Shown: positions 38,956 to 50,900, counted from the first letter of the stretch. The stretch: 64,000 nt of DNA from an uncultured delta proteobacterium (GCA_963804165.1 CAWDPO010000037.1:64001-128000), one strand, 5' to 3'. The notes: generated by a model not told the origin, from the sequence alone. A program made the numbers and translations.

Positions 38956-40440
38956 TCAGCGCCTTTTTTTCCAACTGTACGCTACTAGACCGAGCGAGAG
39001 AAAAGCAAAGGCGAGTAGGCTATACCATTCGTAGCGTATAATGGGCGGCTTCACCCCCAAGAGATATTTGCTCCGAGCGAAATGAATCCACTCATTGAGT
39101 TTTTGATTACGAAAGGCCGGATCTTTCCACTTCGTTTTCGCCAGCGCCAAAGCCTCATCCGCGGAGATGGGCATAGCCGCCAACCTCTGAAATTCCTGTT
39201 CGCGCGAACTCGTCGCCAAGGCCTCTTTCCACGCTCGGGTAAGCAGGTGCTTTTGGTCGATGACCAAAGCGCCGATTAAGTCATTGACGATCGACCAACG
39301 CTCGGAACTCAACTTTGGGTCAAACACAAAGTCCGATCGCCAAGAGAATGGATTGAGCTTTACCGCCGTGCTCTGCGGCGACAGCGCATACAAGGATGGC
39401 AGCACGCTGAAGCGATTGAGTTGAAAGCGCTGCGGACCATCTGTCGTTTTCTCGGGCAGTAGCCACAGCTTTTGTCCTTCCTGAGACATCACGAAACGGA
39501 TGAACGCCTTCGCAACATCGAGGTTGGCGGCGCCCTTTAAGATGCCGATACCATCCGGTGTAATAATCGTTAGATTGTCGGGCATGACAAAACCGATCTT
39601 ATCAGCGCCTGCTTCCTTGACTTGAGCCCAGGCGTAAAAATCGATCGCCAAACCGTAGGCCACTTCTCCGATCGCGACGTCCTTGGGAATTTGACTCGCT
39701 GCATTCGTAAAATTGCGTACGTTGGCTCCCAGTCCCGTAATGGTCCGCCAGCCTTTATCCCAACCATACGCCTGCAGGATAATCTCATAGACCATGTGCA
39801 CACTGCCGCTCTTGCGCGGGTCCGAAGATCCCACCCAGCCAAACGCTTGCGGCGACGCTAAATCATCCCAAGTCGTGATGACCGGGAGCTTTGTAAGATT
39901 CAGTACGACTTTATTATAAACGATGCCGAAGCCCGCCAAGGTAGCGCCATACCAAGTGTGATCGGGATCATACAAAGGAACACCGGCCAAGCTCGCGGGT
40001 ATTTTTTCAAGCAACGGCTTGGGTAAAGCGTAGGCGTCGAGGAGACGGTCCTTTTTTAGCGCTAAATAAGGTTCAAGTCCTCCCCCAAAAAAGATATCGA
40101 TGCCGATTCCCGCCGGCTTGTTTTTGAATTCCGATTGCAGATAGCGCAGGGTTTCCGATGAGCCGCCTACGTCCATCCACTCCAACTCTACAGTCCGCCC
40201 GGTCTCGCTCTGATAGCGTGCCTTAAACGCGCGCTCAAACTCATATCGGATTCCCTCCCAATGAGGGGAAATCAACACGAGCTTGTCGGCAAACCCGACC
40301 GCTGGGAAACTGTGAATTAGCCAAACGGCTAGTATGAGAGCACGCCAAAGCATTCGGCTCATTGTGCGCACGCGGTTGTTAATCACCGGTATCCCATTGC
40401 GGGGAGCAGCACCCGTATCGTTTCTCTTGGCCATCAGCAT
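38956..40440 (-). CDS. ABC substrate-binding protein (Fe(III)/phosphate-ester type) with a C-terminal TM tail; start uncertain
   Basis: ISPH, DIFFGGG, DPRKSGS, AIDFYA; C-terminal YSLLAFAFLSLGLVAYSWKKRR. Confidence 0.8.
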   Translation of the reverse strand: MLMAKRNDTGAAPRNGIPVINNRVRTMSRMLWRALILAVWLIHSFPAVGFADKLVLISPHWEGIRYEFERAFKARYQSETGRTVELEWMDVGGSSETLRYLQSEFKNKPAGIGIDIFFGGGLEPYLALKKDRLLDAYALPKPLLEKIPASLAGVPLYDPDHTWYGATLAGFGIVYNKVVLNLTKLPVITTWDDLASPQAFGWVGSSDPRKSGSVHMVYEIILQAYGWDKGWRTITGLGANVRNFTNAASQIPKDVAIGEVAYGLAIDFYAWAQVKEAGADKIGFVMPDNLTIITPDGIGILKGAANLDVAKAFIRFVMSQEGQKLWLLPEKTTDGPQRFQLNRFSVLPSLYALSPQSTAVKLNPFSWRSDFVFDPKLSSERWSIVNDLIGALVIDQKHLLTRAWKEALATSSREQEFQRLAAMPISADEALALAKTKWKDPAFRNQKLNEWIHFARSKYLLGVKPPIIRYEWYSLLAFAFLSLGLVAYSWKKRR

Positions 40441-40837
40441 TTTTTGGAGGAATCAGTTTAACTCTGCGGATCTCGTGCTAACGTCAAATTTCGACGAATC
40501 GTGGATTGCAGGAATGGTTCAGCAGTCTATAGCCGAGTTTGCCAAACGGGGTCAAGTAAGAATCTGTTAAATAAATCCGTGAGAAAAAATGTGCAAGCAA
40601 TGGCGCGGATCTCTGTTTGAGATCTAGATCTATAACAAGCAATTTGAAATCTGCGGTTGATTTTGAAGTAGGGGATTCGAAAAAGAAAGATCACTCGCAG
40701 AGAGACGACGCCGAGTTTGGAGATATTTTCCATGCGCCAGCGGCTCTTGGGGCAAGAACGACCTGAGCCGGGACGGCTTGATTAAAAAAAATGGGCGCTA
40801 TAGCATCAAGCGCCCTAACTAACGGGCTGGAGAGAAT

Positions 40838-43144
40838 ATGCGTTACGTGTCCGTGCGCTTACTTGTACTGGGTCTCCTATTTATATCGGTCGCCGCCTTT
40901 TCCAAGCCGTCGTTTGCTGCTGAAAGATTGGTGACAGAGCCGCTTGCGACAGCTGGCTTTAAATCACTCCAACGAGGCGACTTCGAGCAGGCGGCGGTGG
41001 AGTGGAGGGAAGCTGCCCAACTGTACCAGAGTGAAGGCAAGCTCAGCCAGCAAAGCGCTGCGCTCATATATCTGTCGCAAGCCCATCAGGCGCTCGGTCA
41101 TTACCAGGAGGCTTCGAAAAACCTGGAGCTTGCTGTCACTGCTGCCAAAAACGCGGGTGACCGGGCGCAGATGGGTTTGGCGCTCGGCAACTTGGGGAAC
41201 CTGTATATTGCCACCGGCCCAGCTGACGTTGCCGATAAACATCTGCGCGAGGGTCTTAGCATAGCAAGAGATCTGGGCAATTCGGAGCTGACGGCGGCCA
41301 TCCTTAACAACCTGGGCAACCTGGCGAGCTCACAAAAAAAGTACGACGAGGCTAGCGCGGCTTACCTCGAAAGCAGTTTGCTCGCTGAGCGGAGTCGTAA
41401 CAACTCATTAGCGGCGACGGCTCTGACCAATGCGGCAACGGCGTCGATGCTCAATGGGCGACATCAGGAAGCAAAAGCGCTGCTCGATAAGGCGCTTGAG
41501 CAGACGCGCACCCTCGAGCCCTCTCACGATCAGGCCTACGGACTCATTAACGTCGGATTAGCCTATCACCGCCTGCGCTTGAGCATGGCTGATTCGAGGG
41601 ATGTTTTGGTAAGACAGGCTTACGAAGCGATCAGCGAGGCGGGTGGTATCGCCGAGCGTGTGGGCGATCGCCGGGCGATGTCGTATGCCTGGGGTAATCT
41701 CGGCAAAATCTACGAAGACGAGCAGCGCTATGCGGAAGCCTTGCAATTGACCCGCGCGGCATTGGCCGCGGTCCAAAACGTCAACGCGCCAGAGTCGCTT
41801 TATCGATGGCAATGGCAAATCGGGCGTCTGCTTAAGAAGACCGGAACCCTCGACGACGCCATCACCGCGTATCGCCAAGCGGTGCGCACGCTGCAGTCGA
41901 TTCGACCGGAGCTGGCGGTCAGCTACGGTGCGTCGCAGACCTCGTTCCGCGAAGCTCTCGGACCGGTTTACTTCGAGCTAGTTGATCTGCTGCTGCAGAG
42001 GGCCGCTTCATTGCAGCAGGCTGATCAGATCGGGCCTTATCTCGTCGAAGCGCGAGAGGCCGTTGAATTATTCAAAGTCGCTGAGTTGCGCGACTACTTC
42101 CGCGACGATTGCGTCGATACCGCTCTCGCCAAAGTGACGCAGCTTGACGTCCTTGCGAAAACCACTGTGATTGTGTACCCGATCCTGCTTTCGGATCGCA
42201 CCGAGCTATTGATCAGCTTGCCGACCGGGCTGAAGCGCGTCCGGGTTCCCGTAAGCGCGGATACGATCACGCAAGAGGTACGGCAATTCCGCCAGAGGCT
42301 GGAAAAGCGAACGACCCGGCAGTACTTGCCGCACGCGCAGAGACTCTACAATTGGCTCATCCGTCCGATCGAAGCGGATCTGGCATCCCTGCAAATCGAT
42401 ACCGTGATTTTTGTTCCCGACGGAGCGCTGCGAACGATTCCAATGGGCGCGCTGCATGACGGCAAACAATTCTTGGTCACCAAGTACGCGTTGGGAATCA
42501 CTCCGGGACTGAATCTAACCGATCCACGGCCGATCAAACGCGATAGTATAAAAATGCTGGCCGTCGGAGTGACCGAGGCTGTGCAAGGATTTCCCGCGTT
42601 GCCTAACGTGTCGGAAGAACTCAAGGCGCTGACCGGACTTTTCCAGGGCACGACTCTGGTGGATAAAGAATTTCTTGCCGCCAATCTGGAGCAGAAGCTC
42701 AAAGATGAGCCGTTCACGATTGTTCACGTGGCGAGCCACGGCGAGTTCAGCGGCGACGCCGACAACGCTTTTCTTCTGGCGTTCGACCAAAAGGTGAGCC
42801 TGGACCGTCTCGATCAAATGGTCGGAGTTTTCAAGTTTCGCGATGAGCCGCTGGAGTTATTGACCTTGAGCGCCTGCGACACGGCGGCAGGCGATGATCG
42901 AGCCGCGCTGGGTCTTGCCGGTATGGCCATCAAAGCGGGCGCGAGAAGCGCCCTTGCGACCTTGTGGAATATCAATGACGAAGCGTCGGTGGATCTGGTC
43001 CTGGAATTCTATCGTGAGCTGAAGGACACGTCGGTTTCACGGGCCGGTGCGCTGCAACGGGCGCAGCTCAAAATGATCGCCAACCCGCGCTACGAACATC
43101 CTGGATTCTGGTCGCCGTTCCTAATGATCAATAATTGGCTCTAG
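40838..43144 (+). CDS. Exported TPR + CHAT (caspase-like, HetF-associated) protease
   Basis: Signal peptide, TPRs (LGNLGNLY, LNNLGNL), FVPDGAL, HVASHG (His), LTLSACDTA (Cys), HPGFWSPF. Confidence 0.92.
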   Translation: MRYVSVRLLVLGLLFISVAAFSKPSFAAERLVTEPLATAGFKSLQRGDFEQAAVEWREAAQLYQSEGKLSQQSAALIYLSQAHQALGHYQEASKNLELAVTAAKNAGDRAQMGLALGNLGNLYIATGPADVADKHLREGLSIARDLGNSELTAAILNNLGNLASSQKKYDEASAAYLESSLLAERSRNNSLAATALTNAATASMLNGRHQEAKALLDKALEQTRTLEPSHDQAYGLINVGLAYHRLRLSMADSRDVLVRQAYEAISEAGGIAERVGDRRAMSYAWGNLGKIYEDEQRYAEALQLTRAALAAVQNVNAPESLYRWQWQIGRLLKKTGTLDDAITAYRQAVRTLQSIRPELAVSYGASQTSFREALGPVYFELVDLLLQRAASLQQADQIGPYLVEAREAVELFKVAELRDYFRDDCVDTALAKVTQLDVLAKTTVIVYPILLSDRTELLISLPTGLKRVRVPVSADTITQEVRQFRQRLEKRTTRQYLPHAQRLYNWLIRPIEADLASLQIDTVIFVPDGALRTIPMGALHDGKQFLVTKYALGITPGLNLTDPRPIKRDSIKMLAVGVTEAVQGFPALPNVSEELKALTGLFQGTTLVDKEFLAANLEQKLKDEPFTIVHVASHGEFSGDADNAFLLAFDQKVSLDRLDQMVGVFKFRDEPLELLTLSACDTAAGDDRAALGLAGMAIKAGARSALATLWNINDEASVDLVLEFYRELKDTSVSRAGALQRAQLKMIANPRYEHPGFWSPFLMINNWL

Positions 43145-43158
43145 CCGGGTCTTTGGCC

Positions 43159-45170
43159 GTGAGATTACTGTTAAACCTCTCACGCTCTCCTGTAGCCGTC
43201 ACGCTCCTGCTGATTTTCGTTATCGCGCTTGGCGTCATTGGCGTGCGTCGGCTGGGCGTACTCGAAGGGCTTGAATTGGCCGTCTACGACTGGTGCATTC
43301 GGTTAAGGCCAGATGCCGCCCGAACAGAATCTCGTATCGTCCTTATCAATGTGACTGAAGATGATATCCGAAAACAAGGGCGCTGGCCGCTCACGGATGA
43401 GACGCTCGCCGAGACGTTAGAGATCCTGACTCGCTATCAACCCCGTGCCATTGCCGTAGATATCTACCGCGATATCCCCGTACCTCCCGGACACGATCGG
43501 CTGAACAAGATTTTAACCGGCAACCCGCGGATCATAGCGACGACCAAGCTCTCGGACGATCCGGCAAGTGTGATTCCACCGCCGCCGGTGCTTAAGAATA
43601 CCGATCAAATCGGCTTCAACGATATCCCTGTCGATCCCGACGGGATCGTTCGGCGCGGTCTGCTGATCATGGATCACGGCGAGAAGACACTTTATTCGTT
43701 CTCACTTCGCCAAGCGCTGCTTTATTTGAAGCCCGAAGGGATTACGCCTCAACCCGACGCGGCCAACCCGGAATATCTCAGGCTCGGAAAAGCAACCTTG
43801 CGGCCGTTCGAGAGTAGTGACGGTTCGTATGTCAATGCGGACTCAAGGGGCTATCAAATCCTGCTCGATTTCAAAGGTCTCCGATCACCCATCCAGTCAT
43901 TCTCCCTCACCAAACTCCTATCCGGTGAGATTGAGCCAGCGGCGATCAAAGACAAAGTCGTACTTGTCGGAGTCAATACCGAGAGCGTTAAAGATTCATT
44001 TTACACGCCGCAGAGCCGTGGCCTCCAGGCGGAACCCATTTCAGGAGCGGCATTGCACGGGCAGATCGTGAGTCAGCTTCTACGGTTCGCGCTCGACGGC
44101 GATCAACAGATTTCGATCCTGAGCGATCGCCAGGAAGGCATCTGGACTTTGCTCTGGGGCATCATGGGAGGCGCGCTTGGGTTCTCGGTGCGCTCACCCT
44201 GGCGTTTCTCCCTCCTGGGCGCTGTGGGTCTATTCATCTTAAGCAGCGTGGCTTATTTCGGATTTTTGAACGGCTGGTGGATCCCATTGGTGCCGCCAGC
44301 TATGACGTGGCTCGTCTCCGCAGCTCTCGTTACGGCCTATCTCTCCAACCACGAAAAAAAGGAGCGGGCCGTTTTGATGCAACTTTTTTCTCGGCATGTC
44401 TCACCGGAAGTGGCCGACGCCGTCTGGCAGCAACGCGAGCAGTTTATGGACGGAGGTCGACCACGCTCGCAAAAGTTCATGGCCACGGTGCTGTTCACCG
44501 ACTTGAAAGGTTTTACTTCCGTATCCGAAAAAATGGATCCGCAGGCGCTGCTGGACTGGTTGAATACCTACATGGAAGCGATGGCTCAATTGGTCATGGC
44601 TCACGGCGGCGTCATCGATAATTACATCGGCGACTCGATCAAAGCGGATTTTGGCGTGCCGTTGCCGCGAACCACCGAAGCCGCGATAGCCCAGAGACGC
44701 CGTGTCGGCCGTGAAGTTGTGCTCTGGCCATGGAAAAGGAACTGAAGCGACTGAATGCGCTGTGGCAGGAGCAAAACCTTCCTACGGTCGCGATGCGCGT
44801 CGGTATTTTCACGGGGCCGGTGGTGGGCGGCAGTTTAGGCAGCGCGCAACGACTGAAATACACAACGATGGGCGATACGGTGAATGTTGCCTCGAGGCTC
44901 GAGAGTTTCGATAAGGACCGTGTCGACCCGGAATTCGCGGATAGTTCATGCCGGATTTTAATCGGGCAGGAAACGCTCAACTATCTAGATAACCAGTTTA
45001 CGACCAAGAAGATCGGCTCGGCGACTCTGAAGGGCAAGGACGAAGAAGTCGTCGTCTATCGCGTGGCTGGCGAAGCATACAAGGATCCCAGCACCGTAGC
45101 TCAGCCGGAAACGGATAGACCTATAGCGGCGGGAATGGGAAAATTGGTTGGGAACAAAGTTGACACTTGA
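43159..45170 (+). CDS. CHASE2-domain class III adenylate/guanylate cyclase, frameshifted near 44695-44720
   Basis: CHASE2 (WPLTD, VDIYRD, DPDGIVRR), 3 TM, LFTDLKGFT; removing two bases restores AQDAVSAVKCALAMEKEL and joins ORF 44730..45170 (RVGIFTG, GDTVNVASRLE). Confidence 0.85.
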
Positions 45171-45298
45171 CAACTAAGTTAACAGTCACTAAGAGCTTGT
45201 CAAATGAATTCACTTTTGCAATGTCTTCGTGGTAAGGGCCAATCCTGGCGGTTTATAGAGCAAACTGAGGACAAGATTTAGGCATTCGGCTTATCTGT

Positions 45299-45321
45299 AA
45301 TAGGATTTGAATAGGATTTGA
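45299..45321 (+). repeat. 11-bp tandem direct repeat upstream of the DUF928 gene
   Basis: AATAGGATTTG AATAGGATTTG A. Confidence 0.55.
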
Positions 45322-45354
45322 TCCGTTACACAATATCAACGTGCCGTTTGACAC

Positions 45355-45370
45355 TGGCATCAGCTTTGCT
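45355..45370 (+). promoter_or_regulatory. sigma54 promoter for the DUF928 gene
   Basis: TGGCAT-CAGCT-TTGCT, about 40 nt upstream of ATG 45410. Confidence 0.65.
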
Positions 45371-45409
45371 CATATAGTGAGCATGTCTGATCGCGAGGAG
45401 GAAGCGAAA

Positions 45410-46096
45410 ATGAAGTCTATGAAGAGCAAGGCGTGTTGTTTGGTTGCGCTGCTTACCTTGGCTGCGCCTTTGAGCGTGCTAGCCGCAGATGCGCCGTCTG
45501 GCGGTGGGACCGTTTACGTACCACCCAAGAGGGGAGCGCCCGGTGGGCGTGTGGGCGGTGGGTCGCGCGGCGTCCAGCGCGATGTGTTTGTCCTCTCGGT
45601 CTTGGCGCCGGATCATAGCGGGCTAACGATCAGCGAGCAGCCGTCGCTCTACTGGTACATCTCCGGCCCCACGTCGCTCCCCGTGGAGCTCACGGTGATG
45701 GACCCCGAGGGCGTTCAGCCTATCTTGGAAACCCGTGTTGCCGTTCCGGTGGAGGCGGGTGTCCATCGCGTCCGTTTGGCCGACCACAATATCAAGCTGA
45801 AACCCGGCGAAGCGTATCGCTGGTTTGTTACCGTGGTGCCGGATTCCAATCGACGATCCCGGGATATACTCGCAGGCGGCGCCATCGAGCGAATAGACGT
45901 CCCTGGCGACCTTAAATCGAAGCTGGTCACCGCGAAGAAGTCCGATCTACCTTCGCTCTACGCCGAATCTGGGATCTGGTACGACGCGGTTGCCGCCATC
46001 TCGGATCTGATCGAGAGTTCGCCCCAGGACCAGGTTCTGCGCAAGCAACGCGCCGAGATGCTGTCCCAGGTGGGGCTAACGGGGATCAAGGATTAG
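45410..46096 (+). CDS. DUF928-family exported protein
   Basis: Signal peptide, APGGRVGGGSRG, GLTISEQPSLYWY, YRWFV, GIWYDA; GAGGAGG RBS. Confidence 0.85.
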   Translation: MKSMKSKACCLVALLTLAAPLSVLAADAPSGGGTVYVPPKRGAPGGRVGGGSRGVQRDVFVLSVLAPDHSGLTISEQPSLYWYISGPTSLPVELTVMDPEGVQPILETRVAVPVEAGVHRVRLADHNIKLKPGEAYRWFVTVVPDSNRRSRDILAGGAIERIDVPGDLKSKLVTAKKSDLPSLYAESGIWYDAVAAISDLIESSPQDQVLRKQRAEMLSQVGLTGIKD

Positions 46097-46110
46097 GCAA
46101 TCTCCCCTCG

Positions 46111-46131
46111 CCCCTCTTTGCCAAAGAGGGG
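46111..46131. repeat. REP-like palindrome between convergent genes
   Basis: CCCCTCTTT-GCC-AAAGAGGGG. Confidence 0.6.
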
Positions 46132-46224
46132 GTGAAAGCCACCTCGTGCATTCGCGCGGCGGGATCGATTTGAGTTCGACCGCCGTGGCGGTTTGTTTGG
46201 ACTTTCTGAAAACGAGCTTCCGAG

Positions 46225-47949
46225 TTAGAACGCCGCGAGGCTGAACTGAAAGTGAAAGCCGTTGTCTTGCAGCGTGTTCTCCGGTCGAGCGACCTTCCTC
46301 AAACGGTGGCCCCAGTATAGTTCGAACTGGGGCCGCAGGAGAATCGGCCAGGTAGAGGTGGCTCCCCAGCGAAAGCCAATCCCGACGCTGGAAATATCTT
46401 GGGGACTGGGCGTCGAACGGTCTCGATTCCAGCCCCTGCCGAAATCAAAAAAGGGACCCACGTCCAAATAGTCAGCCCAGCGGGCGTTGCGGATCACCGG
46501 CACGCGCAATTCAACGGAGGTGATAAGCGCTCTGTCGCGTAGCATCGTGGTTTCACGGTATCCCCGCACGCTGTATCGGCCCCCCAAGACGATCTGTTCA
46601 AGCGACATAAGGGAGTCGTTTGCGAGTTGTACGTCCGACCTGAAGATCAGTTGGCTGTCCAAGATTCCGAGCCGTTGAACCCATTGAAACTGGCCGAGCC
46701 AGGCAACAAACCGACTGTCCGGCGATCCGTCATGGTTGATCGTTGCGTCCAGCGCGTTCACTCCGAATGAAAAGCGCGATCGCGCCGCGATCACTTGATT
46801 TTGGGTCCGATAAACAAAGTCCTGACCGAGTCTGAGCGCAGTGACGATAGACCGGCCGTTGTGAGCGCCGGGAGTTAGAGTGAAGCGCTCGCCGAGGAGA
46901 AATTCTTTGTACGAAAGGCGCTCACCGATGAGTTCCAGCCCCACTTCGGAGTTAAGCGTACGATAAACCGGCTGTCTCAAAGATAAAGTGTAGACATCCG
47001 ACTTGCTTTTGATATCGAGATCCTCAAATGGCGGCTCGACGATCGCGAACGTATTTTTTCGGTATTGCCAGCTGACAGTCGTGTCATAAGCGGTGATCGG
47101 CAGCGAATATTTAAAATCGAGCAGCGGATTAAGGCCTTCCGATCGGCCGTACTGCGCGGTGATGATGTCACCGTTGCCGGTGAGGTTTTGGTGCTCGGCT
47201 GCGACGATGCCGCGCAGTTCTCCGACCGAGGCGGATTGGTAGTTATTAGACTCAAACCACAGCTTGTAAGGAACACGCTCGTTGACGCGCACATCAAGAA
47301 TGCCCTCGCCGGGTTTCACCCCCGGCTTCAGTTGAGCGTTCAAGCGTTCGATGCGCGGATCTTCGAGCAGGAGTTGCAAGCGCTCCTGCAGAGCGTTGAC
47401 GTTGAGGGGCGGACCTCCAGAAAGCGCAAACCGCTTTGCAAGATAAGCAGACCGAAACCACCGATTGCCTTCCAACTCTACCCGCGTCAGCTCGCCTTCG
47501 ATGATGCGAAAAGTCACCACCCCGTCGGTAATGGTTTGATCCGGCAGAGTTGCGCCTGAGTTCACATAGCCACGGTTGATATACAGAAGAGTCAACGCGA
47601 TCCGGAGCGCCTCCAGGTCCTCCGTTGTGACCTCCCGATTTTGATATGGGCCGGTCACCGCTGCCAGTTCTTCAGGAGAGAAAACCGTGCTGCCGATAAC
47701 TCGGATCTCACGAACGAATGCACGAACCGGCGGGATGCCTGGCCTTTCTTTCGGAACAGGAGCAGGGGGCAAGATTACGGGAGGTGCTTTTTCTGCGGGT
47801 CGAGGCTCTTCCTTGCGCAGCTGAGGCTGTTCACCGGAGCGGCCGGTGGGATCGATTACGGGAGGGGTTTGGGCAGAAGTGAAAGCGCCGCGCGCGAGAA
47901 TGGCCAAAGATAAAATGAAAACGAATCGGGTGAGCCCTGTCTTCGCCAT
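46225..47949 (-). CDS. TpsB (ShlB/FhaC/HecB) outer-membrane secretion protein
   Basis: Signal peptide, POTRA (LYINRGYVNSGA), GGRYSVRGY, C-terminal Phe. Confidence 0.92.
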   Translation of the reverse strand: MAKTGLTRFVFILSLAILARGAFTSAQTPPVIDPTGRSGEQPQLRKEEPRPAEKAPPVILPPAPVPKERPGIPPVRAFVREIRVIGSTVFSPEELAAVTGPYQNREVTTEDLEALRIALTLLYINRGYVNSGATLPDQTITDGVVTFRIIEGELTRVELEGNRWFRSAYLAKRFALSGGPPLNVNALQERLQLLLEDPRIERLNAQLKPGVKPGEGILDVRVNERVPYKLWFESNNYQSASVGELRGIVAAEHQNLTGNGDIITAQYGRSEGLNPLLDFKYSLPITAYDTTVSWQYRKNTFAIVEPPFEDLDIKSKSDVYTLSLRQPVYRTLNSEVGLELIGERLSYKEFLLGERFTLTPGAHNGRSIVTALRLGQDFVYRTQNQVIAARSRFSFGVNALDATINHDGSPDSRFVAWLGQFQWVQRLGILDSQLIFRSDVQLANDSLMSLEQIVLGGRYSVRGYRETTMLRDRALITSVELRVPVIRNARWADYLDVGPFFDFGRGWNRDRSTPSPQDISSVGIGFRWGATSTWPILLRPQFELYWGHRLRKVARPENTLQDNGFHFQFSLAAF

Positions 47950-47977
47950 TCGAAAAACGTCGGCCGATTTAGAGTCG

Positions 47978-50900
47978 TTATTGCCCGCAGTCTAAACCCA
48001 AAGCTGCCTTGGCCAACTGAAACTGATTCCATCCCGCTAACGACAGCCGCTGGTTGTTCTCCTGCGTGAGAAGCGAGAAGCTCGAAGGCGAGTAAGACAG
48101 CCGCTCGTTGGGTCGGTCGGAATGGTCGAGGCTAATCGCCGATCCGCCGAGAGCGAGCGGGCTCGGCAGCAATCCGCCGGGCTCCAGCGGCAAACCGCCG
48201 CGCCCGCCGAGAACCAAACTGCTCGACCGGCCGGCGGCGACCCGCGCTGCGCACGTCGCGCGCAGCAACTCCGTGGCCTGAAGCGGAGCCTCGGGCAATT
48301 GGGAAACGTCGCTCGTGAGCTGCGTAACTGTAGCCTCGATGTCGATTGTTCCTGGGGTATTCAACGCCGACGACGCGGTGATTGCCGTTGGGAGCGGCAC
48401 ACTGCTCAGTAAAATGTCGGCGAAGATATTGATATTGCCCCCAGGGCCGCCAAAAGCGTCGGCATGGATGCCACTCTCATTCAATACCAGAAAATCGAAA
48501 GGGTGAAGCTGTGATCCGATGGTGATGTTGCCGCCTCCGCCGGAACCGCTCTGAACGCTTGTGGCGATTTGGCTATTGGTCAAATGCACCAATGATCCTG
48601 TGCTCGTGATGGAAATATTGCCGCCATCGGCGACGAGTGCCTCTGTGGTAATGCTGCTGTTCTCCATGCGCAGGGTGTCACCGATAACGATATCGATATT
48701 TCCCGCAGTGGCCGTGACGGTTCCGGTACTGTTGGCTGAAATCGTCCCTCCGTTCAGGAGGCTGACGTTCAGGGCTTGAACCGATACATTTCCTCCAGCC
48801 CCCGTCCCCGAGGCGGTGCTGAACAGACCGCTTCCCTGATCGGAGATCGATACCGAGCCGCTCGCCGCGACGACGATGTTGCCCCCGTGACCTGCGCCGG
48901 TTGTGCTGCTCTCGATCGTCGCACCCCCTGATTGTGTCAGGTTGCCTACATTCAGCGAAACATTGCCGGCGTTACCCTCACCTGAAGTCGCCACCGAGAT
49001 CGTCCCAGCGTCGCCCAGCGTCAAGGTTGGAGTGGAGACCGTGATCTGACCCGCGTTTCCCGTGCTCGACGCGGTGCTGAGTAATCCACTCCCTGGGCCT
49101 GAAACTGAAAGTAGATCACTTGCCGTCACCTCTAGCGTCCCACCAGCGCCGGCGCCACTCGTGCTGCTGCTGATCCGCGCCCCACCGGCAAGTGTCAACT
49201 CGCCGACGCTGAGCGAAATATCGCCGGCAGCTCCGTCTCCCTCGGTCGCAACTGATATCGTTCCGCCATTGCTCATCGCCAAGGTCGGTGTAGTTACGCT
49301 GATCTGGCCGGCATTTCCTATGTTGGACGCCGTGCTGAATAGACCACTACCGGGTCCAGAGATGGAACTTGCGCCGGTCGCATTGACGGTTATGGCTCCC
49401 CCGGCGCCGGCGCCGGTCGTACTGCTGTCGATCCGCGCGCCGCCACTGAGAGCGAGGTTGCTCACGTTTGCCAGGATATTTCCCGCGTTGCCCGCTCCCG
49501 CGGTGGCCACCGACATCCTTCCTTCATTAGCCATCGTCAGGGCCGGTGTAGAAACAAAAATCTCCCCCGCATTTCCCGTGCTGAACGCCGTGCTGAACAG
49601 TCCGGTTTCTAGGCCAGAGATCGACACCGAATTACTCGCTGCCACTATGATGTTTCCGCCATGACCGGCGCCCGTTGTGCTGCTATCCACACGAGCGCCC
49701 CCTGTCTGTGTAAGGTTGCCCACATTCAGAGAAATGTTGCCGGCATTGCCGCTACCTGAGGTCGCTACCGAGATCGTCCCACCATCCCCCATCGTCAACG
49801 TGGGCGTGGAGACGCTGATCTGGCCCGCATTCCCGGTACCTGACGCCGTGCTAAAGAGACCGCTGCTCGCATCGGTGCTCGAAGGAGCGCTTGGCACGCC
49901 GTTGGGGGAACTTCCCGAGATAGAAATCGAATCCGTCGCGTTGACTATCACGTTCCCGCCGGCACCGCTAGCAGAGAGCGCGCTGTTACTCGCAATCTGC
50001 CCACCATTCTTCAGGGTCAGTGTTCCCACATTCACCGCGATGGGCCCCGCATCGCCGCTGCCTATGGTGCTCGTGGAAATGAAGCCATTGTCGACGAGCA
50101 AACTTGAGGCAGAGATCGTCGCTTGGCCCGCCGTTTGGCCAAAGGCCTGGGTCGTGATCCCGCTGCCGTCCGAAATAACAATGGAGTCTGTCGCGCTGAC
50201 CGTCAGATTACCGGCCTGACCAAGGTTGTCGCCATTTAGGATCTGGGCACCACCCGTCAAAGTCAATTGACCAACATCCATCAAGATATCGCCCCCGACA
50301 CTACCCTCTCCAGCCCCGCCGAAGATTCCGGTCTCAATCCCCGAGATCAGTGCCGAGCCGGTTGCCGTTACCCTGACGTCTCCACCCCTTACGTCTGGAC
50401 CTGTGGCTGTGGAACGGCTAAAGATTGCCGCACCATTGGTCATACTCAGTTGGTTGGCCTGAAGGGTGACGTCTCCGCCGCTGGCTGCATTGAAGGCTAC
50501 TGTCGTGATTGTTCCGCCAGCATCAAGGCTCAAGGATGGCGTGGAGATCGTCACATTACCGCCGACGCCGCTCTGTGCACTGGACGCAGTGCGGCTGGCT
50601 ACTTCGCTGTCCAAACCGGAGATGACGACCGGGCCAGTGGCGTTCACCGAGAGGTTCCCTCCATGCCCGCCCGGACCGGCGGCGCCTTCTGCTGTGAAGC
50701 TGATGATCTTCGCGCCTTCCGTGAGAGTGAAGCTCCCTACATTTATGTCGACGTTTCCCCCGACGCCCCTGGACGGATCCCCCGCGATCCCTCCGGTGGT
50801 CATGGTTTGGATCACAGACGAGCCCTGTATCTCTAAGTTTCCGGCTTCGATCTGTACCGCTCCCGCGTTTCCTGCGAGTTCGGTGGCCACACTAAGGCTC

